Made by a program: the position numbers and the translations under genes. A stretch of DNA of 64,000 bases from an uncultured virus (IMG/VR IMGVR_UViG_3300027996_000021). Its lineage: Duplodnaviria > Heunggongvirae > Uroviricota > Caudoviricetes. Under the pieces are notes generated by a model. The model made no database searches, was not told where the DNA came from, and saw only the letters and a list, made by a program, of their open reading frames with translations. The stretch is taken from the IMG/VR virus record IMGVR_UViG_3300027996_000021; one strand, written 5' to 3'. Of this stretch, positions 9,101-21,100 are shown one piece after another. Position 1 is the stretch's first letter, and every line of letters starts with the position of its first letter.

Positions 9101-12100
9101 TACATCTCATGGATACGAGACGGGTGAATTAGTAACGTATTCAACAACTGGAGATAATATTGTTGGATTGAATACGGATAATCAATATTTTATTATTAAG
9201 ATCAACAATAACAATTTCAGGTTATCAGATGCAGGCATAGGTGGAACAGATACTTCAGATTTTAATAGGAGACTTGTTCAAAAGTTCTCTGGTATTGGTA
9301 CGGGACTACATGTTTTCAATTACCAACCAATTGAAGTTGAGATTAATGCTTCAATTGCGAATACTGTTGGTGTTATAACTGGAACTCCAATTGTAACTGG
9401 TGAAATAGTAGATGTTTTATTATATGAAAAAGGTACTGATTATGGTTCCAAAATATTGAATTTTGAAAAGAGGCCAGGGATCAATGTTTTAAATGGCAAT
9501 GATGTAGAGTTTCAACCACTTATCATTGATGGACAAATAATTGATATTTTAGTTACACGATTTGGAGAAAATTATTTTTCACCACCAGATATAATCATTA
9601 CTAGCGAATCTGGTTTTGGTGCAGTAGGAAGAGCTGTTATTAATGATGTTGGAAATGTTATTGATGCTATAGTACTGAATTCTGGATCAAAATATGATGC
9701 TGGAGATACTTTTATTACTGGAGTATCTAGAGGATCAAATGCAACTTTTAATAGCAAAGTTAGAGGCCTATCATTAAATAATAGATCTAGATTCCCAGAA
9801 TATAATGGAGAAACTGTTTTTGATAAGGGTGAAAATGAATTACAATATGGTGTCATTGGTTATAATCAAAATCTAAAAAATAGTTTTGAAGATACCAATG
9901 AAAATGCACATTCTCCTTTAATTGGATATGCATATGACGGAAACCCAATTTATGGATCATATGGATATACAGATGCAAACAATTCAACATCTTTAATCAA
10001 AGAAATAAAATCTGGTTATGAGTTGGATGTCAGTCAGGTTGTAAACAGACCTTCAGGATTCCCAGCCGGTATCTTTGTTGAAGACTATTCATTTAAAGGA
10101 ACTGGTGATCTTGATGATCACAATGGAAGATTTTCAAAAACTCCCGAATATCCAAATGGAGTTTATGCATATTATGCCACAATTGAGAATGATCCAGGAA
10201 CTGGCGATATTATATCAAGTTTTCCATACTTTGTTGGTAATACTTATAGATCAACATTAGTAAGAGAAAATATTGCAGGATCTGAGGTTGAAATTAATCA
10301 AGATTTTGATTTTAATAACAATGGACTAATAAGAAATACATTCCCATATAATGTATCTGAATTATTTGCCAATTATGACTTCTTCACCCAACCATATCAG
10401 ACAGAATTACAAAGAGTCATAGTTAAATCCAAATTCAATGGTGGTATTGATAATATTGGTATTGTTAGTTTTGGATCGGACTACAAAGTTGGTGACAATA
10501 TTGTTTTTGATGATGAAGGAACTGGTGGTGGAGCATCTGCAGAGGTTCTTGAACTGATCGGAAAAGATGTTGAAAGTATTACTAAAGAAGTTTTATCTTA
10601 CGAGAACTTTACTTTTGAGAGATTAAATGGCAATCAGGTTGTTGGATACATTTCAACATATCATGATCTAGAAGCTACAAACATCATTAACATAAGTGGT
10701 CTGTCAACTTTCGTGGCTGGATTGGGTGGAAATAAAACTATTGGTGTTCCTGCAGATGATTTTAAAATGTTGACCAATATGCCAGCAGAGGCAGTTGGTG
10801 GCATGGCCACAGATATTCCAGTCGCTCCCATTCCAGAGTTCCTAAGACCGAATACTGATATTTTGATTGGCGATGAAACTCTAACTATACTGAATGTATT
10901 TGATTCCAAAAATGTTTTTGATAATTTTAGAGGAGTTGTAAGAGCAGTAAGAGGAATTTCTGGAAGTGGACATACCGTTGGAACTGCTATTACATCCAAA
11001 GCAAATAGAATTATATTTAATTATTCTGGAGAAAATTTAAATTCTAAAGCTGATACTGTATACTATTTCAATCCAACTGAAGTCATTGGATTTGGCACAG
11101 AAGTTGGAGTTTCTACAGTAAGAGATTATGAACTTCTTGGAGTAACTACGACTAGAGATATTCCAACTCAATCAATTTATATCCAAGACCACATTTTCAA
11201 AAATAACCAAAAAGTTGATTTTGTAAAGACATCTTCTGGAAATCCAGTATCTGTTTCCACAGTAAGTGCTGGATCAACATTTAACTTACCAGACTCTGGT
11301 GACATCCAAACTGTTTATATTACCAATAAGAGTAAAAATAACATTGGCATCAAAACAACGTTAGATTCCGATGAACTATTCTTTAGTAATTGTGACTCGG
11401 AAAGTTATGAATATTACATAACCAGTATTAATAATAAAATTACTGGAAATATTGATAGACTGACCGCAAGAGTTTCAACTGCATCATCTCATGGATTGCA
11501 AGTTGGAGATTCTGTAAACTTTACACTAAAATCAGATCTTTCTGTTGGAATCGGAACTTCAACATCTGTAAAAGTTTTATTTGAAGATTTCATTCAAAAT
11601 ATTACTGTAGATCCAATCGGATTCACTTCAACTTCTGTTGGCCTCACAAGTTCAAGGATTCTTGTTAATAGTCATGGTTTAGTTACTGGTGATCTAATTT
11701 TCTATGATGCGGATGAGTTACCTGCAGGAATTGAAACTGGAAAATATTTTGTATTTTCTGGAGATCCAGATAGTTTCTCTCTAGCTGAAACAAAGAGTGA
11801 TATTACTGGAGACACTTTAAATCTTATTGAATTTACTTCTGTGGGCGGAACCTCACATACAATATCTAAGGTAAATCCACAAATTCCTGTTATAAAAAAT
11901 AACGATTTGGTATTTGATGTTTCGGATTCATCTTTATCTGGATATAATTTTAAAATTTATTATGATCAAGAATATAGAAATAGAATTGTAGGAACTGGGC
12001 AATCAACTGTTTTTGAAGTTGAAACGGATGGAGCAATTGGAATTGGAACAACAACAGCAACAATAACAGTAAAATTCAATGAATACCTACCAAATCAACT

Positions 12101-15100
12101 TTATTATAATGTAGAAGAATTATCAACAGATACTCTAATCGAACCAGATTCTTCAGTTGATAACTATTCAAGAATACTATTCTCCGATAGTTCTTATACT
12201 AATAAATCTGCATCTGTTGTTGGAGTAGCTTCAACTTCATTCTTAGTAAATCTAAGAGAAGAACCCAAAAAGGATTCATATACATTATCTGAGTGTGACG
12301 TAATTTCATATACCACTAGATCTACAACAACTTCTGGCGGAATTGCAAAATCAAGGATTATATCAAAAGGAAGTGATTATAACATAACTCCAGGAATTTC
12401 CACAATAACAACTGAATCTGGAAGTAATGCTGAACTATTTGCAATTTCCAAAGAAATTGGAATTTTGGGCGCAACTGAAGTTCAAAAATCTGGATTTGAT
12501 TTTTCTGTTGATAAGACACTTAAGCCAATTGCAGATATTCCAACATATTATGAATTGAAAAGAAATAAAACTCTTGATACTGTAAAACCATCATTTGGCG
12601 GGAAAAATTATCTCTCTGTCCCAAATTTGACTCTTGTTGAATCTACAACGGGTAAACAAATTGATAATGCATCTTTGATTTGTAGCATCGATTCTGGATC
12701 AATCAATAAAGTTGATATTGTATCTCCAGGATTTGGACTAGCAGGTGTTGCTCATACTGTATATGCATTAACTGGTGATAATGGCCTGAGCATTATTACT
12801 GCAGATAGTGTTAATACAGGAATTGTCACGTTTACTGTTGTTACTCCAATTCTCGGATTTAGTACAAACCCATTACGTGCTGGTGATGAAGTATTTGTCG
12901 ATGGTATTGATGAGTACTCTAGCGATGGCCTCGGATTTAATTCAAAAGATTATAAATTCAATTTCTTTAAAGTTACCAGTTTTAATGGTGGTATTGTTCC
13001 ATCAACTGTAACTATAGATCTATCTGGAATTTCAACAAATCCTGGAATTGCAGTAACTACTGTAAACTTTGGTACTATTATTAAGAGAGAAAATTATCCA
13101 ATATTTAATGTGACTTTAAAGAGTGCGACGTTTATTGATAATGAATCTCTAATTGTTGTGAAGGGCAACAATAATGTCAAAACAAACCTAACAGTAGTTT
13201 ATTCAGATGATCTGAGATTAAGAACATTTGGTGATTACAAACTTGTAATTGGTGATGTGATTATCGGTGAAGTTTCTGGAACAAGAGCAACGGTAGAAAC
13301 TATTGATAGGTATGATGGACTATATGAAGTTAATTTTGGATCAACTATAAGATATGGTTGGACCGATAATAGAGGATTTTTAAATGATGATTCTCAGGTT
13401 GTTCCTGATAACAATTATTATCAGAAAATGGCTTACTCTATTAAGAGTCCAATTGAATTTGATGAACTTATCGATCCAGTAAACAGATTAGCTCATATTT
13501 CTGGAACGAAGAATTTTGCGGATACGCAAATTCAAACGGTTGCTGTTGCTGCTACAAATTTTGTGGATGCTGGAGCATCTACATTAGTTATTGATATTTT
13601 TGCTGATGCTGATGTCACAACCATTAATAATTTTGACTTTGCTGTAGATACTGATATTATTAACTCACCATCAGCCATTACAAACAGTATCAAATTTGGT
13701 AATAAAAAACTAACAAACTATATCGAATGTAAGACAAATAGAGTTCTTACAATTGATGATATTAGCTCAGAATTTATTGATTTTGAAAATACTGTTGGAA
13801 ACTTTAAAGATATTATTTCATACTCTGCTGGAACTGGAGTAAGTAGATTTATCATTATTGTAAGAGATGTTGTTGATAGAACTTCATATGAAGTTCATGA
13901 AATTGTTGTTCTTGTTGATGGTGAACCAAATACATTTATTTTACAAAAGAACAGAATAAAGGCAAACCCACAAGTCCCAGTAATTGATCCAGAGGCAGAA
14001 ATAACATCACTTGGTGAGATTGACTCTTTATATGATGATGTATCTGCAACTGTAAAAATAAGATTCACACCATCTAATCCACTTAAAACATATGATATCA
14101 AGGCTTTCCGTCAAGTATTTGACTCAAGAACAAGTGGTATTGGATCAGTAACTATTGGAGATACTGTTATATTTGGTTCCACAAACACAGTTGGAGTTGG
14201 TACAACAACATCTATTGTTGATCTTGGAATTGGTGATTTTAATTCAGCATTTGCATATGTTGAAATAACAAATCAAATAAACTCTGAAAGAGATTATGCT
14301 GAGGTAACAATTTTACATGATGGGGTAAATGCTTACATTGGTGAATTTGGATTCAATACTTCAGATAGATTACTATCATTCAATCCAATTGGTACATTTG
14401 GTGCTACTCTTGTATCCGATGTTCTCAATTTAAATTATACAAATAATTCATCAAATAGCACTTTAGTCAAAGCAAGCATAGTTGGATTTAAAACAACTAA
14501 TGTTGGATTGAGATCTGAATTCTTTAAACTAGAGACACAAGAAGGTGGATCTGAGAGAACTGCCAGACTAGAATCCAATGTAATTGAAGAAGTTGCAGCT
14601 GGATATGGCATCACTGTTGTTGGAATTTCAACACTGAACGATAGACTTGCAAAGTCTGTTATTAGAGTTTCATCTGGAAACACACAATCTTTGAGTCAAG
14701 TAATGTTTACTCAGGATTTCGGTTCTATTGAAACATTTGTTGTTGAATACCCACAACTTGGAATTAATACTGCTATTGGATTTGGTACATTTAGTTCTGA
14801 ATATAGTGGCCAGTTTGCAAATCTGGTGTTTATTCCAGATAGCAAATTTACTGGCGATACAATTAGAATTGAGGAATTCAGTGAAATTGTTTATATCGAC
14901 CAAGACACTAATATCACTTCAATTCCAGATTTTGGATTTGGTACTGTAATCGAAAATGTTTTTCAATCAAGATATACACCAAATGCAAAATTAGATTTTG
15001 AATTGGAGCATGAAGGATTCCAAATTTATGCCAGAAGATTCAACCCACAAAACTCTACTGTCTTCGACCAAACTACTGGAAATATCTTTATTGAAAGTCA

Positions 15101-18100
15101 TTTCTTACAAGATGGTCAGGATATTGTTTATGAGTCTGGATCAACAATTTCTGGTATCACATCTGAAGCAATTGGAATTGGAACAACAATTGCTGGTGGT
15201 ACTGAAGTAACAGGTGATATTTTTACCAATAGTAAAGTTGTTTCTTCTGCGAGCACAGATCAGGGTCTCAATATTGACGATGAATTCTTTGGTCCAGGTA
15301 TTGGAGATGGAGCAACAATTGTTAGTGTTGGGTCAACATTTAGATTCTTTGTTGGCAACTCTGATGGCACAAATGTCATTACTTCAATTGCAAATACATC
15401 GGTTCTTGCCATTGGGGATACAATCGTAGAAGAATTGACTCAAACTGGATTCGGCACAATTACTTCAATTGGAATCAATTCAATCGTAGTTGACAATAAT
15501 GTCCCCGTTGGAGTTGGCAGTACATATTATTCTGAAAGACTCGGAATTGGTATTTCTTTATCTGTAGTATCTACAGCTAATACCACCAGTCAAGTTTGCT
15601 TCTCTGGAGTTACAACTGACATTCTTCCATCAAATCTATTTGCCATTAGAATTGATAACAATAACATCAAATTGGCAACCAAGAAAGATTTTGCTCTCAG
15701 AGGAGTTGGAATTGAACCAACATCAACTGGATCTGGAAATGATCACCTGATCGATACAACGAAAAAACTTGAAAAATCCTTAATCATTCTTGATGGTGTT
15801 GTTCAGGCTCCAATTTCTAGAACACTCGTCGAGTATGATATTCAAGTTGATGCTGGTATCGGAAGAACATTCCTCCCTCTAACTGGAATTTCAACTCTAG
15901 TTCCAGATTATATTTTGAAAGTCGATGATGAGTTGATGAATATCCAAAACGTTGGTTTGGGAACATCTTCATCTGGCCCAATTAGTGGTGTTGGTACATT
16001 TAATCTAGTAAATGTCGAAAGAGGATTTGTTGGTACTGAAGAAGTTACTCATACTGATGGAACTAGAGCAATTGTACATAGAGGTGCATATAACATTGTA
16101 GAAAGCAAAGTCCATTTTGTTGATGCTCCCAAGGGTGCTGGTGGAGATTTTATTCTTGATGATAGAGGTCTAGAATTTTTAAGATCTGATTTTAGTGGAA
16201 GAGTTTATCTAAAACAAGACTATACAACGAATGAAATTTATGATGATATTTCCCCATCATTTACTGGCATTGCAAAGACTTTTGGATTAACTGTTGGTGG
16301 AAATTATCCAGTTGGATTGGATACAGGAAGTGGAAGTGGTGTTCTATTCATTAATGGAATACATCAAGGCCAAACAACAGATAATAACCCAAGTAATGTT
16401 TATGAATTAAATCCTAGCGACACTACTGTTGATGTAGAATTTAGTGGAACTAAGTTAATTAGTGGTGATCCATACTTAAGTGAGTTGGATGCTATTAAAA
16501 ACCAACTACCAGTGGGTGGTAGAATCGTCTCTATTGCATCTTCTGGCGGAACTGGCATCGCACCCCTAGTTGGTGCCAAAGTCATCGCTGAGGTTGGTAC
16601 AGGTGGCAGTATTACGAATATTCTTGGTGCAGACACTGTTGGAACATATACAACAATTACCGATTTTGTTTATGATGGTGTATCTGGAATCGCAACAGTA
16701 ACCACTGCAGTTGCTCACGGACTTGTATCTTCTGACTTCGTTTCACTGAGAGATATTGAATTTGATTGTACAAGTGGATATGACAGTCTGGTTGGTGTTT
16801 CTACACTAGATTATGATAATGTATCAGGTATTATGACTGTCACGACGAAAACAGATCACTTCCTGAACAAAGATATGGAAGTTAAGTTCAGAGATCTCAA
16901 GTTTGAGTGTGCTAAAGGATTTGACAATCTACTTGGAGTTTCTACTGCTAGTTACGATCATCTCTCTGGAATCATTACTGTAACTACAAGCTCTGCACAT
17001 GACCTGAATAGAAATATGAAGGTCAAGTTCCACGACCTGAAGTTTGAATGTACTAAAGAATTCTTACCTACGGTTGGAATCTACACAGCAGATTATGATA
17101 ATGTTTCTGGTATTATCACTGTTTCCACAATCGGTGATCACAAACTAAACAGAAACATGAAGGTCAAGTTCTATGATCTTGAAATGGAGTGTCAGAAGGG
17201 ATTTGACACCCAGTTGGGAATCTCCAGTACTGAGTATGATCATGTTTCTGGTATCCTAACTGTCACTACAAGCACGAATCATCTTCTCAATAAAGGAATG
17301 TCCTTGAGATTGGCTGATCTTGAATTTGCATGTACAGAAGAACATGCTGGTGTCACTACAACTATTTTCCCCGATGGCACAAATGGTAGAATCTTCAATA
17401 CCGTAGAGTCTGCTCTAAGCGCCACTCAGTTCACTACTCAGGTCGGTATAACGACTATTCCACATATTCCAATTGGTGGTGGAACAGTTGAAACTGGAAT
17501 CACAACAACTAAGTTCCCAAGCAAAGCTGGAATTCAATATGGAATTACTGGATTTGATTATACCGAGTCTACTGGTGTTGGTACAATTACCGTCAACAGA
17601 AACCACAACATAACTATTGGAGAAACAGTTGATATTAGAAACATTGAGTTTACATGTGCCGTAGAGCACGCTGGCGTTACTACAACAACATTCCCTGATG
17701 GCACTCAAGGATTTGAATATGAAGTTCTATCAGTTCCCTCTGCAACTGAACTAAAAGTCAACGTTGGTATTTCCACAATTGCACATACTTATGATAGTGG
17801 TGGTTTTGTCTCTGGTGTTAAGTATCTTGAGGGATACACAGTCACAAATGTAGGATCTGGTACAGAGTTTACGGCTCAGATAGACACTGTTGGATTTGCT
17901 CACACATATGTAAGTGGTGGTCTTGTTCAGTCTGGTGTTACTACTAATGTCTTCCCAAGTTCTGAAGGTAAGCAGTTTGCAATTGTCAACTTTGAATATA
18001 CTGAGAACAGTGGATCAAGCATAATCACACTATCTGGAAATCATGAAATTTCAGTTGGTACAGATGTCAAACTAGAAGATATTGAATTTATATGTTCTTC

Positions 18101-21100
18101 AGAACATGCTGGTGTAACAACAACTATCTTCCCTGATGGTACTCAAGGAGATACCTTTAAGGTAACTGGTGTTGGCGCTTCTACAATTAATATCAACGTT
18201 GGCATCTCAACTATCGCCCATACCTATTCCGCACATGGTATCCTATCTGAAGTTCAATATGATGAAGGATTCAATGTAACCAAGGTCAACTCCACTACTG
18301 AGTTTGAAGCTCAGATTCCAACTGTTGGATTTGCTCACACATACATTGCTCATAGTGGTGGAAACGTTGAAACTGGTATTACGACTAACGTATTCCCAAG
18401 TGATCTTGGAATTGAATGGGCAATTTCTGGATTCGATTATACTGAAGCAACTGGTGTCAGCACAATCGCAACCAGAAAGACTCACAATATTACTACTGGT
18501 GAGTTTGTAAGACTCAAGGATATTGAATTTACATGTTCCTCAGAACACTCTGGAGTAACTACAACTATCTTCCCAGACACAATTATTGATGAGTTTGAAG
18601 TTCTAGATGTTCCTTCTGGAACTGAGATTAAGATTAACGTTGGTCCTTCCACAATTGCACATACTTATTCAGCTAATGGTGTTGCCCAAGGTGTCAAATT
18701 TGTTGGTGGTTATAAAGTTGGAAACGTAATCGACTCTAAGAACTTCTCAGTAAATGCTCTACCAGTTGGATTTGCACATACTTATGTTGCTCATAGTGGA
18801 GGTGTTGTTGAGACTGGATTCACGACCACTAGATTCCCAGACAATAGAGGTATTCCTTTCGCAATCTCTAATTTTGAATATGATAAGACAACTGGTTTCT
18901 CAACTATTACTACTAAGAAAAATTACAGTGGTCTTGCCATTGGAGATGTAATTAATCTCTCTGGAATTGCAATGACTTGTCTTGCATATGGTAATGAGAT
19001 TGCTATCTATGACTTTGATTACACTGCATCAACTGGCGTTAGTACAATCCTAACAGCAGATAATCATGGTTTAAGTGATGGTGATTTGGTAATGCTTCGC
19101 GATATTGAATTCTCATGTGCAGCTCCTCATGCAGGCGTGACAACAACTATATTCCCAGATGGAACTCAAGGTTTCTACTTTAATGTTAATGCTGGAAGTT
19201 CTGGAACATCAATCGTTACAAACGTAGGTATTTCTACAATTGCTCACGATTATGTTTCTGGAACTGGTAAGGTTAGAATTGGCATCACAACTTCAATTTT
19301 CCCAGATGGAACTCAAGGATCTGAATTCAAAATCTTTGGTCTTCCTGCTCCTAATCAAATTATCACTAATGTAGGAGTTTCTACAATTGATCATATCTAT
19401 GATGATCATGGAATTGTACATGGAATCAAGACAGTTGGTCCATATGAAATTGAAACAATTAAGACGGATACTGAGTTTGAAGTTGATGTATTTAAGGTTG
19501 GTTTTGCCCATACCTTTGTTCCAAATAGAAGAAAGGGTGCAACTGTTGCCGAAGCTGCCAAATTCAATTATCTAACATTTGGTTCTGGTTATTTCAACGC
19601 AGCAACAGTTGTAGTTGAAGAGGATGGTCATTCTGGATCAGCTGCAACAATTATAACAACAGTTGGTGCAGGAGGATCTCTATCATTTACCATTGAAGAT
19701 GGTGGAACTGGATACACAGATCCAACCATTCAGGTATCCATCCCATCATATGCAAATCTTCCAATTGAAGGTATTAGCAGACTTGGTATTGGTGCTACTA
19801 CAGATACTGGAAAAGGAGTTACAGTATCACTAAGTGTCGGCCCCGCTGGAACGACTGGAATTGGAACAACTACTTTTGCAGTTAAAGGATTCACACTCAA
19901 TAATCCAGGATTTGCATTCCTAAGAGGTGATTTGTTTAGACCAGTTGGTCTAGTAACTGCTGTAGGAGTTGGAACAAATTATAGTGAATTTACTTTAGAG
20001 GTTCTCAATGTTCTAAACGATACATTCTCATCATGGAACTTTGGACAAATTGATTATATTGACTCAATCAGGAGTCTACAGGATGGCCAAAGAACAAGAT
20101 TCCCACTCAAGCTAAATGGAAATAGTTTAAGTTTCCAGAGAGATATTACAGACCAACAATCTGTAGAAATTGATTTGGACGCTGTTCTACTAATCTTTGT
20201 TAATGGCGTTGTTCAGGTGCCCAAGAAAGATTACTTCTTTGAAGGTGGTACAAGTTTCAACTTCAACTTTACATCTCCACCAAGAGTTGAGGATGATATT
20301 TCCCTCTACTTCTATAGAGGTACAAGAGGAACTGATAGTGCTCTAGTGACTGTATATGAAACAGTCAAACCAGGAGACAGAGTACAAATGCTCAGATCTA
20401 TTTCTGGTGATGTTCAATCTCAAGATACGAGAACCATTTTCTCAATTATTGATTCTACTGATATTGAAACGAATGTTTATCGTCAGCAGGGAATTGATGG
20501 AGATAAATTCCGTCCTCTCAACTTTACAAGACAAAAGAAAGATGTAATTATTTCTGAGCAGGTTCAATACAAGGTGAGAGATTCTTTGGAAGCACAAATT
20601 ATGCCTGTGGGCAAAGTTATTGGTAATTTTGGTTCTTCAGATACTGAAATTTTCTTAGATGATGCAAAATTCTTCCAATATGAAGAAGATGCTGATGGAT
20701 CCAACTTTGGAGAAATTGTTTGTGATGCACTTATTGTTGATTATAATGATCCAGTAGCAGCTGCAGTTACTGCAGGAGTTTCTGTAGCAGGTACGATCAC
20801 ATCTCTCACAATCAATGATGGTGGATCTGGATATCCTGATGGTGATGTTTCAATTAGAATTGCAAATCCACCAAAGGTTGATAATGCAAAATATGGAATT
20901 GTTGGTGTTGGTACTACTGCTATTGCAACAGCATCTGCCTCTGGAGGAATTCTAACTTCTGTTACAATTACAAATCCAGGATTTGGATATACAAATACAA
21001 ACTTACCCCTAGTTATTGTTGCAACCGCTGCACCTGTAACTGAAACAATTATAGATGCACCTATTATTCTTGGATACTCTGGTATCATCACTGGTATTGG

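Noticed and set aside
16653..19545. Diversity-generating retroelement template/variable repeat pair
   Set aside because: Copies diverge at all bases rather than only at adenines, and there is no reverse transcriptase in the window
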